Assembly: GCA_964187785.1 (NCBI GenBank)
Contig: OZ076409.1
Coordinates: 83,516,001-83,580,000 of the forward strand
DNA length: 64,000 nt
Source of the DNA: Amphiscolops sp. MND2022
Lineage: Eukaryota
Direction: 5' to 3'
A model generated the notes under the pieces. That model was not told the DNA's origin, ran no database searches, and saw only the letters and a program-made list of their open reading frames with translations. Position 1 is the stretch's first letter. Each line of letters begins with the position of its first letter. A program made the position numbers and the translations under genes. This document shows, in pieces, positions 9,280-21,348 of this stretch.

Positions 9280-9916
9280 TCTTTATTTAATTGGACATGA
9301 AAATGTCTATGACTAAAAAATACAAGACACATAGGCATGCGCAATGGTAAACCTACACTGATAATCACAGACTACATGTTTTAAATTTGAATAGTATTAT
9401 CAACGTTTATTTGGTTATAAGCATATTGGCGTCTCGTGTTTGTTTTGAGCCGGCACATCATGAAGTGAAACGCGACTATAATACTGACTCTTTTCGAATC
9501 CACACGAAAACATTCAGTAACTAGATAAAAGAGTATTACAAATGTTCCAATTAAAGGGGGGTGTCTTTCTTCCACAGCAACAGAACCAAAAAGTCAATCG
9601 TTATATGTTTTCCCGAATAATACAGAAAATAGTCAAAAGATACAAATAAAATGATTATATGCAACACAGTATTGTGTGCTGAAAATGGCAACCTTTATTT
9701 GGTGAACAAAAAACATAAAATTCGATTGTCTTTTTTCATCAGTATTCTTCCACCTTAGTAGATTTATTTAATTCTGTACAGTTATTCTAGAAAAAACTGA
9801 AAATTTGAATATATTTTTTCCGGTGTATTTTATACATTATACATGATTATACACAATATTATGATATGACCGCCAACCTGCGACTATTACCATGGTAAGA
9901 TGGTAAAGCCTATCCT

Positions 9917-10060
9917 TAAACATGTGGATATAGGCTATAATGTATAAATCTCCGTTCAACGGATACTCAAACATGTGGATATAGGCTATAATGTATAAAT
10001 CTCCGTTCAACGGATACTTAAACATGTGGAGATAGGCTATAATGTATAAGTCTCGTTTCA
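9917..10060. repeat. ~51-bp tandem repeat, about 2.7 copies
   Basis: aaacatgtggatataggctataatgtataaatctccgttcaacggatact repeated. Confidence 0.9.
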
Positions 10061-10191
10061 CCTGACGGGATCCGAGTTTCTTTATTTTTTTGGCAAGGTT
10101 GATATTCGTTTTGAGATTGTCACTCATGTTGATAAGAGAGTGTGGCGACTGAGTTGTAATTAATAATACAAATGAATGTTTGGAGGATTCA

Positions 10192-10395
10192 TGCAATGGT
10201 TTGCTATCCACCTATCCATACCTAGGAGCGCGCGTAATTCAAAAATCGCACATGCTCAAATAACTAGCATGGTCAAATTAGATTTTTTGATTCGTGCAAT
10301 GGTTTGCTATCCACCTATCCATACCTAGGAGCGCGCGTAATTCAAAAATCGCACATGCTCAAATAACTAGCATGGTCAAATTAGATTTTTTGATT
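10192..10395. repeat. 103-bp direct repeat, 2 copies
   Basis: tgcaatggtttgctatccacc…ttagattttttgatt at 10192 and 10295. Confidence 0.9.
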
Positions 10396-10631
10396 TTATC
10401 TTGTTTCAAATGAATGCGTTTGGTGATGGGTTTTGTTAACTACTCGGCGGATTTTGCTCATCGACATCTCTTTTTACTCGTATGGAAGAGAGGATCACAA
10501 TGGTGAAAACCCCATCTCTTAAAACCCAGTAGAAGTGGAGATAATTTTTGAAAATGTTGGGTGTTTTTATTGATTTTTGGTGTAATTAAATTCACTTCAG
10601 TGCTCAAGTTTTTCTCGTTTCTTTTTAATTG

Positions 10632-10831
10632 TTTTGAAAATCAATATTTACATCTACCTTCTAAACTAATTGGCAGTCTGGAAGAATTTCGTTTGAAAAT
10701 CAGTATTTACATCTACCTTCTCAACTAATTAGCAGTCTGAAAGAATTTCTTTTGAAAATCAATATTTACATCTACCTTCTCAACTAATTAGCAGTCTGAA
10801 AAAATTTCTTTTGAAAATCAATATTTACATT
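10632..10831. repeat. 59-bp tandem repeat, about 3.3 copies, in the Polinton subterminal region
   Basis: ttgaaaatcaatatttacatctaccttctcaactaattagcagtctgaaagaatttct repeated. Confidence 0.9.
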
Positions 10832-10961
10832 TACAGAGTGAAATTCATAGAAATTTAGCAGTTCAAAAGAATTTCAGCTTTATTCTAAAACATGGTTAGT
10901 AGAGTATTACCAAAGTAGTGTAAGAAATCGTATTTAACGATAGGTGTAAGGATGGTAAAGA

Positions 10962-11095
10962 AGTAGTGTATATAATCGTATTTGACGTTAGCGCGAAGTA
11001 GCCATGAGCGAAGCGAATGGCGAAGCAAGGGGGCGAACGAAGTGAGCCAGCTTGCGCCCTTCGCGCTGGCGTCAAATACGATTATATACACTACT
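10962..11095 (+). other. Polinton terminal fold-back: 37-bp stem with a branched 60-nt loop
   Basis: AGTAGTGTATATAATCGTATTTGACGttAGCGCGAAG (10962-10998) pairs with 11059-11095 (26 bp perfect, 2 G-T, 9 bp perfect). Confidence 0.9.
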
Positions 11096-12317
11096 GAAGT
11101 CGTCTTTATGACAAAATCCAGATAGTTTTTGTTTATCTCTTAATTTTGAATCATTTTCGCTCTCATTATATGAAGTTTCGAATCACAGTTTTCGCGAACT
11201 CATACCATAAAACTTCGAAATCGTATGTTTCAGGTTTCAAATCGCCAATTTCGCACTCACCTAATGTGAAACGAAAAACAAACAAAAACGTTTCATGATT
11301 TTCTGTAGTTGTTTATTGGTATGAGAAACCAGCGAATCACCATGATAGAAATGCGAGATATTGCTTAAACTAAAACTGATGAAAGAGACGCAGAGAGGGA
11401 AAAGAAATCGTTGGAAGGCAGTCGTCGTCAGGGTAGGTGACGGGACCAGTGACAGATTTGACAAAAATATGAAAACTAATGAGAGGGCTGTCATGTGTGC
11501 AACAGGGAAGGCATATCGCCACGGTTTGCACGTAGGACGGGGATACTGGAAAATGAGTTAAATCATTAACATTCCAGTTTATGTAATTGGATCCGAGGGA
11601 GTGTCAGGGTACATTTGAAACCGGCACCTGAAGTAACTGGTGTTCATGGGCCTAATTCCAGAACTCGCTGATCACCTGCAGTGCAGATCATTCGTCCTAC
11701 AGGAGTCAAGGACTGTCTAGTACGAGTAAAAAGTAACTTGTGTTAAATCTAATATTTGCAGTTCATGATGCATTATGTATTTGGATTTATATCATTATGT
11801 ACAACAACTTTGCTATTTGAATTCACAAACGCAGTTTTCAAAACATTGAATTCATCAGAAAACGGGAAACCAACGTCTCTGATCGCAGAATGTCACAAAG
11901 GCAAGCACCCGATTCGGTCTTCTTTGATGTTTCTTCGATGATCAACGAATGATACCTTGTTTGACCTGATATTCTGCAATTGGTGGTTCACTGAGTCACT
12001 TCGGGTAGTGACTGCTTTGAATGATTGGACCGTAAGTAGGTCCTGGCGGTACAGCTCATGCTTCAATTTTCTATTGGCAGTTTCTTTTCAAAACGTTGAA
12101 CTCATTACAAAGACGGGAAAGCAACACCTCTAATAATGTCCCAAAAGCAAGCAACCGATCCGGTCTTCTTTAATGATCAACGAAAGATACCTGGTTTGAT
12201 CTGATAGTCCCAAAAGGAAGCACCCGATTCGTTCTACGTTGGCTAGACGAATGCCGAAAAATCGTATATATTCAATCGCATGCGTATATATTCAACAGTT
12301 CAACTTTGTTCAATAAC

Positions 12318-12390
12318 GTCCCTATGGCACAGTGGTCAACACTTATGCTGTGCAATCGGGAGGCTGCAGGTTCGAATCTCTCAGGGGTTT
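12318..12390 (+). ncRNA. tRNA-derived sequence (SINE head or tRNA pseudogene) inside a ~250-bp insertion unique to array unit 1
   Basis: A box TGGCACAGTGG (12325), B box GGTTCGAATC (12369), followed by a T run; stems pair poorly. Confidence 0.65.
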
Positions 12391-12499
12391 TGGCTTTTGT
12401 CTAAAAGGCGCTCATTATGAAGTTGACTATTGTGGAAAAAAAACTTTCTTAGCTGGACTGCAATGCACATTGACTTCGTCATGTGCAATAATATCCTAA

Positions 12500-13050
12500 A
12501 AGCAAACACCCGATTCGGTCTCCTTTGATGTTTCTTTGATGATCAACGAAAGATATCTTGTTTGATCTGATGGTCTGCAATTGGTGGTTCACTGAGTCAT
12601 TTGGGTAGTAATTGCATTGAATGATTGGCTCGTAAGTAGGTCCTGGCGGTTAGGCTCATGCTTCAATTTTCTTCGAGCTGATTGAGTGACTTTGTGAAAG
12701 TTTTTGTCTGCCACCTGCACGAAAGAAATCATTTTGGGCTGCAACCCAATAACCACTCGAAACGAAATTCCAGAAAACTCATCTTTGAACTTGTGTGTAA
12801 CCAGTTTTTGAGAATCATTGAAGAGACTATGGGAAGGAGGGTAGTTTGACATATCAAAGTAAATTCTTTGATGACTGGTCTCGAGTTTTTTGTAGAAGTC
12901 TTTCTTCCATTTCGTAAAGCAGCGAATCAGTGCCTGAGTACGTCAGGTGGCAATCAAAGCCCTTCTTCAGGATGTTAGTGAAAATCGTACATGTGGTACT
13001 TCGCCAAATCGAGGAGGGTAGCCCCTACTATAGTTGGCTGGTTATATAAA
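12500..13050 (-). pseudogene. Decayed Polinton-type pPolB C-terminal fragment (also at ~14680-15190, ~16730-17255, ~18480-19013)
   Basis: NQPTIVGATLLDLAKYHMYDFH, TYSDTDSLLYE (PolB DTDS motif), MSNYPPSHSLF…KFKDEF…IGLQPKM, NHQLQTIRSNKVSLS; multiple stops and frameshifts. Confidence 0.85.
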
Positions 13051-16000
13051 TCAGTTCATTACCTGGTTAACAACGATGACAGATTTCCGTCAAATTCAGA
13101 AGTGTTTAGAAAACCAGTGAAAAGTCAAGGTTCGTTGTTAAACTCATGAGATTATCTGAGGTTCATCATTAAACTGCTCCTTCATGGGCAAGGACAACTC
13201 TCATTCCGAGTACTTTGCAAAATGAAAAGTGGTTTTGCGGTCGAGCTTTGACGAAACTCTTTTGATGTTGTTTGATGCTTTTGTTCTCAAAACTCTGTTT
13301 TGCAAAAATGAAATCTGACCTAGCATCAACCCGAGTTTTATGCTTGTCTAATTCCTACAAAAATATTTTATAAAGTTCTTTTGCCTTTGTTCATATGGGA
13401 ATTATTGTTCTCCGAGGAAAGTTCTCCGGAGACTCAAGTTTTCTTAGCGCGTTCTGCAACTATATAGTCTAATCCATATTTCAAAAAATGTGATCGATTT
13501 CCTAATATTTGCCGTGGTTGTTTTCACGCGTACATTCCAGTTGCCTTGAGTGACGTGAGTCCTTGATGTCTTTCATACAATGTTTTGAATCATTTTCGCT
13601 CTCAATATATGAAGTATCGAATCACAGTTTTCGCAAATTCATACCAATAAACTTTGAAACCGTATGTTTCAGGTTTCAAATCGCCAATTTCGCATTCACC
13701 TAATGTGAAATGAAAAACAAACGAAAAAGTTTCTTGATTTTTTGTGGTTGTTTATTGGTATGAGCAACCAGCGAATCACCATGATAGAAATGGGAGATAC
13801 TGCTTAAACTAAGACTGATAAGGGGAAGCAGAAAGGGGAAAGAAATCGTTGGAAAGCAGTCGTCGTCATGGTAGGTGACGGGACCAGTGACAGATTTGAC
13901 CAAAATATGAAAACTAATGAGAAGGCTGTCATGTGTGCAACAGGGAAGGCATATCGCCACGGTGTGCACGTAGGACGGGAATCCTGGGAAATGAGTTATA
14001 TCATCACTATTCCCTTTTATGTAATTTGGGTCCGAGGGAGTGTCAGGGTACATTTGAAACCGGCACCTGAAGTAACTGGTGTTCATGGGCCTAATTCCAG
14101 AACTCGCTGTCCATCTGCAGTGAAGAAGATCATTCGTCCTACAGGAGTCAAGGACTGTCTAGTACGAGTGAAAAGTAACTTGTGTTAAATCTAATATTTG
14201 CAGTTCATGATGCATTATGTATTTGGATTTAAATCATTATGTACAACAACATTGCTATTTGAATTCACAAACGCAGTTTTCAAAACATTGAATTCATCAG
14301 AAAAACGGGAAACCAACGTCTCTAATCGCAGAACGTCACAAAGGCAAGCACCCGATTCGGTCTTCTTTGATGTTTCTTCGATGATCAACGAATGATACCT
14401 TGTTTGACCTGATATTCTGCAATTGGTGGTTCACTGAGTCACTTCGGGTAGTGACTGCTTTGAATGATTGGACCGTAAGTAGGTCCTGGCGGTACAGCTC
14501 ATGCTTCAATTTTCTATTGGCAGTTTCTTTTCAAAACGTTGAACTCATTACAAAGACGGGAAAGCAACACCTCTAATAATGTCCCAAAAGCAAGCAACCG
14601 ATCCGGTCTTCTTTAATGATCAACGAAAGATACCTGGTTTGATCTGATAGTCCCAAAAGGAAGCACCCGATTCGTTCTTCTTTGATGATAAACAAAAGAT
14701 ATCTTGTTTGATCTGATGGTCTGCAATTGGTGGTTCACTCAGTCACTTGGGTAGTGATTGCTTTGAACGATTGGCTCGTAAGTAGGTCCTAGCGGTTAAG
14801 CTCATGGTTCAATTTTCTTCGAGCTGATTGAGTGACTTTGAGAAAGTTTTTGTCTGCCACCTGCACGAAAGAAATCATTTTGGGCTGCAACCCAATAACC
14901 ACTCGAAACGAAATTCCAGAAAACTCATCTTTGAACTTGTGTGTAACCAGTTTTTGAGAATCATTGAAGAGACTATGGGAAGGAGGGTAGTTTGACATAT
15001 CAAAGTAAATTCTTTGATGACTGGTCTCGAGTTTTTTGTAGGAGTCTTTCTTCCATTTCGTAAAGCAGCGAATCAGTGCCTGAGTACGTCAGGTGGCAAT
15101 CAAAGCCCTTCTTCAGGATGTTAGTGAAAATCGTACATGTGGTACTTCGCCAAATCGAGGAGGGTAGCCCCTACTATAGTTGGCTGGTTATATAAATCAG
15201 TTCATTACCTGGTTAACAACGATGAGATTTCCGTCAAATTCAGAAGTGTTTAGAAAACCAGTGAAAAGTCAAGGTTCGTTGTTAAACTCATGAGATTATC
15301 TGAGGTTCATCATTAAACTGCTCCTTCATGGGCAAGGACAACTCTCATTCCGAGTACTTTGCAAAATGAAAAGTGGTTTTGCGGTCGAGCTATGACGATA
15401 CTCTTTTGATGTTTGATGCTTTGTTCTCAAAACTCTGTTTTGCAAAAATGGAATCTGACCTAGCATCAACTCGAGTTTTATGCTTGTCTAATTCCTACAA
15501 AAATATTCTATAAATTTCTTTTGCCTTTGTTCATATGGGAATTATTGTTCTCCGAGGAAAGTTCTTCGGAGACTCAAGTTTTCTTCGCGCGTTCTGCAAC
15601 TATATAGTCCAATCCATATTTCAAAAAATGTGATCGATTTCCTAATATTTGCCTTGGTTCTCTTTTCACGCGTACATTTCAGTTGCATTGAGTGACGTGA
15701 TTCCTTGATGTTTTTCATACAACTGTTTTGAATCATATTCGCTCTCATTATATGAAATTTCGAATCACAGTTTTCGCAAACTCATACCACTTATTTTTGA
15801 AACCCTATGTTTCAGGTTTCAAATCGCCAATTTCGCAACCACATGTGAAATGGAAAAAAAACAAACGTTTCATGATTTTCTGTGATTGTTTATTGAAATG
15901 AGGAACCAGCGAATCACCATGATAGAAATGCGAGATACTGCTTAAACTAACACTGATGAAAGAGACGCAGAGAGGGGAAAGAAATCGTTGGAAAGCAGTC

Positions 16001-19000
16001 GTAGTCATGGTAGGTGACGGGACCAGTGACAGATTTGACAAAAAAATGAAAACTAAAGAGATGGCTGTCATGTGTGCAACAGAGAAGGTATATCGCCAAG
16101 GTTTGCACGTAGGACGGGGATCCTGGGAAATGAGTTAATATCATTACTATTCCATTTTATGTAATTGGGGTCCGAGGGAAAGTCAGGGTTGAAACCGGCA
16201 CCTGAAGTAACTGGTGTTCATGGGCCTAATTCCAGAACTCGCTGTCCACCTGAAGTGAAGAAGATCATTCGTCCTACAGGAGTCAAGGACTGTCTAGTAC
16301 GAGTAAAAAGTAACTTGTGTTAAATCTAATATTTGCAGTTCATGATGCATTATGTATTTGGATTTATATCATTATGTACAACAACTTTGCTATTTGAATT
16401 CACAAACGCAGTTTTCAAAACATTGAACTCATCAGAACAACGGGAAACCAACGTCTGTAATTGCAGAATGTCACAAAGGCAAGCACCCGATTTGGTCTTT
16501 GATGTTTCTTCGATGATCAACGAAAGATACCTGGTTTGACCTGATATTCTGCAATTGGTGGTTCACTGAGTCACTTCGGGTAGTGACTGCTTTGAATGAC
16601 TGGACCGTAAGTAGGTCCTGGCGGTACAGCTCATGCTTCAATTTTCTATTGGCAGTTTCTTTTCAAAACGTTGAACTCATTACAAAGACGGGAAAGCAAC
16701 GTCTCTAATAATGTCCCAAAAGCAAGCACCCGATTCATTCTTCCTTGATGATAAACGAAAGATATCTTGTTTGATCTGATGGTCTGCAATTGGTGGTTCA
16801 CTCAGTCACTTGGGTAGTGATTGCTTTGAATGATTGGCTCGTAAGTAGGTCCTAGCGGTTAAGCTCATGCTTCAATTTTCTTCGAGCTGATTGAGTGACT
16901 TTGTGAAAGTTTTTGTCTGCCACCTGCACGAAAGAAAAACATTTTGGGCTGCAACCCAATAACCACTCGAAACGAAATTCCAGAAAACCCATCTTTGAAC
17001 TTGTGTGCAACCAGTTTTTGAGAGTCATTGAAGAGACTATGGGAAGGAGGGTAGTTTGACATATCAAAGTAAATTCTTTGATGACTGGTCTCGAGTTTTT
17101 TGTAGAAGTCTTTCTTTCATTTCGTAAAGCAGCGAATCAGTGTCTGAGTACGTCAGGTGGCAATCAGAGCCCTTCTTCAGGATGTTAGTGAAAATCGTAC
17201 ATGTGGTACTTCGCCAAATCGAGGAGGGTAGCCCCTACTATAGTTGGCTGATTATATAAATCAGTTCATTTCCTGGTTAACAACGATGACAGATTTCCGT
17301 CAAATTCAGAAGTGTTTAGAAACCCACTGAAAAGACAAGGTTCGTTGTTAAACTCATGAGACCATCTGAGGTTCATCATTAAACTGCTCCTTCATGGGCA
17401 AGGACTCCTCTCATTCCGAGTATTTTGCAAAACGAAAAGTGGTTTTGCGGTCGAGCTATGACGATAGTCTTTTGATGTTGTTTGATGCTTTTGTTACCAA
17501 AACTCTGTTTTGCAAAAAAGGAATCTGACCTAGCATCAACCCGAGTTTTATGCTTGTCTAATTCCTACAAAAATATTTTATAAATTTCTTTCGCCTTTCT
17601 TCATCTGGGAATTATTGTTCTCCGAGGAAAGTTCTTCGGAGACTCAAGTTTTCTTCGCGCGTTCTGCAACTATATAGTCCAATCCATATTTCAAAAAACG
17701 TGATCGATTTCCCAATATTTGCCTTGGTTCTGTTTTCACGCCTACATTTCAGTTGCATTGAGTGACGTGATTCCTTGATGTTTTTCATACAATTGTTTTG
17801 AATCATTTTCGCTCTCATTATATGAAGTTTCGAATCACAGTTTTCGCAAACTCATACCACTAAACTTTGAAACCGTATGTTTCAGGTTTCAAATCGCCAA
17901 TTTCGCACTCACATGTGAAATGAAAAAAAAAAACAAACGTTTCATGATTTTCTGTGGTTGTTTATTGAAATGAGGAACCAGCGAATCACCATGATAGAAA
18001 TGCGAGATACTGCTTAAACTAACACTGATGAAAGAGACGGAGAGAGGGGAAAGAAATCGTTGGAAAGCAATCGTAGTCATGGTAGGTGACGGGACCAGTG
18101 ACAGATTTGACAAAAAAAAATGAAAACTAATGAGAGGGCTGTCATGTGTGCAACAGAGAAGGTATATCGCCAAGGTTTGCACGTAGGACGGGGATCCTGG
18201 GAAATGAGTTATATCATAACTATTCCATTTTATGTAACTGGTGTTCATGGGCCTAATTCCAGAACTCGCTGTCCACCTGCAGTGAAGAAGATCATTCGTC
18301 CTACAGGAGTCAAGGACTATCTAGTACGAGTTAAAAGTAACTTGTGTTAAATATAATATATGTAGTTCATGACGCATTGTGATTCGGATTCAAACCATTA
18401 TGTACAATCATATTGCCATTTGAATTCATTGATGCACTTTTTTCAAAACATTGAATTCATTAGAGAGACCGGAAAGCAACGTCTCGAACTGCATAATGTC
18501 CCGAAGACAAGCACACGATTCGGTCTTCATCGATGTTTCTTTTATGATCAACGAAAGAGATACCTTGTTTGATCTGATGGTCTGCAATTGGTGATTCACT
18601 GAGTCACTTCGGGTAGTAACTGCTTTGAATGATTGGCCCGTAAGTAGGTCCTGGCGGTACAGCTCACACTTCATTTTTCTGTGAGCTGATTGAGTGGCTA
18701 CTTCAGGAAAAAGTTTTTGTTTGCCACCTGCGAGAATGAATTACATTTTGTGCTTCAACACAATAGCCACTCGAATCTGAATTCCAGAAAACTCATCTTT
18801 GAACTTGGGTGTAACCAGTTTTTGAGAATCATTAGAGAGACTATGGGAGGGAGGGTAGTTTGTCATCAAAGTGAAGTCTTGAATGATCATTGGTCTCGAG
18901 TTCTTTGTAGAAGTCTTTCTTTTATTTCGTAAAGCAGCGAATCAGTGTCTGAGTACGTCAGGTGGCAATCAAAGTCCTTCTCCAGAATGTTATAGTGAAA

Positions 19001-19489
19001 ATCGTACATGTGGTTTCCTCCATTCTGACATTCTTCTTCTGAAACTTTCGCGCACGTGGTTCCGTTGTAAGTCCTTGCTGTAGTTGATAAGTTTCCAACT
19101 GCGTGGTAACCGTCATATTTATCTGTTTGGCTTGATGGTAGCAATGATGTAGCGGTGTGAATAATCGGCCAGGCAACTGAATTACAAGCAACTGTAATTG
19201 ATTCATTTTCTGATGAAAATGACCTTGATGATTTTGTCTCATGCGGGATTTAAAGTCTAATTTTGACTTCTGTATGTTTTCTGTTTTATCCAATAAAAAA
19301 CAGTACAAATCAGTCCATTTCAGTTCCCCATTGTGCAGTAGTAAGCCATCTGACTGCTTGTCCACCGGCCTGAGCTCGAATCCCCCGCGGTACCAGAACA
19401 TTTTTTCGATAATTAAGGGAAGCGATCTAAGCTCTCATCACATGTTTTAAGATTGACTAAGACTCTGACCCGCGCAAATCATTCAGCAT

Positions 19490-19930
19490 ACTTACCCCTT
19501 TGATAAATCACATAGTGCCGAAAAATTAAGGGGCCCTTTATGCTCGCAAAACGCTTTGTTTTGCGAAAAACTGGAGAGGGCCTCAGGTGAAAAAAAAATC
19601 AGATGTCGCAAAGGGGACCCTTTGGTCTTTCCTCTACCTCCGTAAGCATACACTTTTAGTACGGGACTCGAGCCCACTTCTTTCTCAGGCTTCGGCAACA
19701 GGTCCGGAAATTCGCGTTAACAATTGGGCCAAAAGACGGGCCTCCTTCCATTTAACATCCATAACTTATTCAACAATTATAAAAGTGGTCTGTTTCACGG
19801 TGGCCTGGAGAAAAAACTTTTGCAACGGGAAAATTACAGAGAAATTCTCATCAATTTCAGTGCCAAAAATACCCGAAGGGACACCCTACTCGCTCGAAAA
19901 CCGGTTTCTCTCGAACTGAAAACCTCAAAA
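19490..19930. repeat. Dispersed repeat with aaggggaccct / gtgccgaaaa motifs; related in reverse orientation to 48390-49100 and 50705-51034
   Basis: Shared short motifs (cacatagtgccgaaaaatt, aaaggggacccttt). Confidence 0.5.
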
Positions 19931-20091
19931 AAACGAAAGGGACAAATTGTTGAGATGAAAAAATTGGCTCAATGCCAAAAATAACGCAAAATAGACTAGC
20001 AGCATTTGCTTCAACGAGAAACTACGACGAAATTGCGAGACTGACTTTTGATGGATAGTTAAGCAAGTTGTCGCACGGAAAGCATCAACTA

Positions 20092-20266
20092 CAGTGAATC
20101 CCGGTATAATCAACCTCAGGGAAACGACTTTTCGTGTTTCTGATAACCGAACTTTCTGATATCCGGGTTTTTTTGGAAGTAATGAAATTGCCACTCGGGG
20201 CCAAGATATGTATTGACAATAAGCGGGTATTTCTTATAAGTGAGTTTATTATATCCGGATCAACTG
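20092..20266. mobile_element. Tc1/mariner-pogo-type MITE
   Basis: TA|CAGTGAATCCCGGTATAAT…ATTATATCCGGATCAACTG|TA: imperfect TIRs with TA TSD. Confidence 0.65.
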
Positions 20267-20598
20267 TACAAAGTTTATTCAGGCTTTTCCTCATGAGAAA
20301 AAAATTCAGCAAAGGTGATTAACAGGTCTCTTCATGTGATTACAGCATTAGAGGCATGGAGACGCAGTAAATGATATCACGCATTTTCGTGCAGTTGCCT
20401 TGAACGATTGAATTGAGCCTGAAGGCTGGATTTGAAATACTGGTTATTGGTACATCAAATGCTGCGAACCACCGAACTAATAAATTACGTTGGAACCGCA
20501 ATTAGAAAATGAACCATCGTCTATAGGTTGGTTATAGATTGCTGTCACTAGTTAACGCTTTGACGAATTTTAAATGGAAGTTTCTAAGATGATGTAAC

Positions 20599-20814
20599 CT
20601 GAAATAAGGGGGTGGTCAACCTGCTTGACAACTTCGGCGCCGGCTTTTTTAGCATCATGTTCTGTGACCAAGCTAGTTAGCTTGTACACATCCAAAGTGT
20701 ACTCTCGAGACAATTGGTAATCTGTGCCTTTCACAAATGTCAGTTTGTCCAATGGTACTCCAATAGATTCCAACATAGCTTTGATGATAGCTTCATAGTA
20801 CTGTACTCTAAGGG
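20599..20814 (-). CDS. YARS1: Cytoplasmic tyrosyl-tRNA synthetase, second visible coding exon
   Basis: tttcag acceptor then (A)[45 protein letters not shown]…[17 protein letters not shown](G); GT donor at 20598; phase matches the upstream exon. Confidence 0.93.
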
Positions 20815-21004
20815 CTGAAAATAAACTTAGTCAAAGCATTGCTAGCGGATTCAGAACATGCGTGACATGCAAGTTTCAGGGCGCATCAGAGAAATATTCT
20901 TTCAATTGACAAAAGTTTGAAAATCCCAAAACTAGCTGATCATAACAACTTTTGGAAGTTCACATTATTATTTTAAATTGGATTCGGTCAAGAAAAAGAC
21001 TAAC

Positions 21005-21275
21005 CAAGAAGCTCCCAAGGAGCTTTCATGTTGTCTAAGTAGGCATGCAGATCTGCGAAAAGAATTGTCACATGGCAACCGACACGAAGAAAATCGGCTA
21101 TTTTTGACATAGGCACAAAATAAGCTATATGGGGTTTTCCAGTAGTTGCAGTTCCCCAATATATCTTTATATCCCGTCCTGATTCCAATATTTCTTTCAG
21201 ACGGTCCTCGCCCACTATCTCTTGGAGGTTACTTCTGATGGCTTTTAGCTTCTCCGATACCGCCTCTGCTTCCAT
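21005..21275 (-). CDS. YARS1: Cytoplasmic tyrosyl-tRNA synthetase, first coding exon
   Basis: MEAEAV…[26 protein letters not shown]…[20 protein letters not shown] (HIGH-like HIAY motif); GT donor at 21004; a tttcag acceptor lies 7 nt before the ATG. Confidence 0.93.
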
Positions 21276-21348
21276 GTCACAACTGAAATCATACAATTTA
21301 CAGTATTTCTAGATCCAGGGACCCGAAATTATTAATTGCACTTGCAAT

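Larger units (their letters stand above)
1..11095. mobile_element. Polinton/Maverick (adintovirus-like) endogenous virus, right portion; left end lies outside the window
   Basis: AT-rich, intronless, tightly packed ORFs encoding MCP, minor capsid, rve integrase, A32-type ATPase and adenain-like protease. Ends in ...ACACTACT at 11095, the reverse complement of the AGTAGT Polinton terminus. The next 6 bp (GAAGTC) would be the right TSD. Confidence 0.95.
11144..19015. repeat. Tandem array of four ~2.1-2.4 kb units, the fourth partial and more diverged
   Basis: Marker ttttgaatcattttcgctctcattatatgaag at about 11144, 13583, 15725 and 17795; repeated ORF-track translations. Confidence 0.95.

Noticed and set aside
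9381..10211. ORFs 9381-9575 and 9837-10211
   Set aside because: Non-ATG starts; the longer one reads through a 51-bp tandem repeat; no motifs.
11376..11402. CTGATGA…GAAA as a hammerhead in each array unit
   Set aside because: The intervening purine-rich sequence cannot form stem II.
12318..12390. Functional tRNA gene
   Set aside because: The anticodon and T stems do not pair; only the promoter boxes are retained.
11261..18350. Repeated short ORFs on both strands of the array as real genes
   Set aside because: Starts, stops and frames differ between units and no domain is recognisable apart from the PolB remnants.
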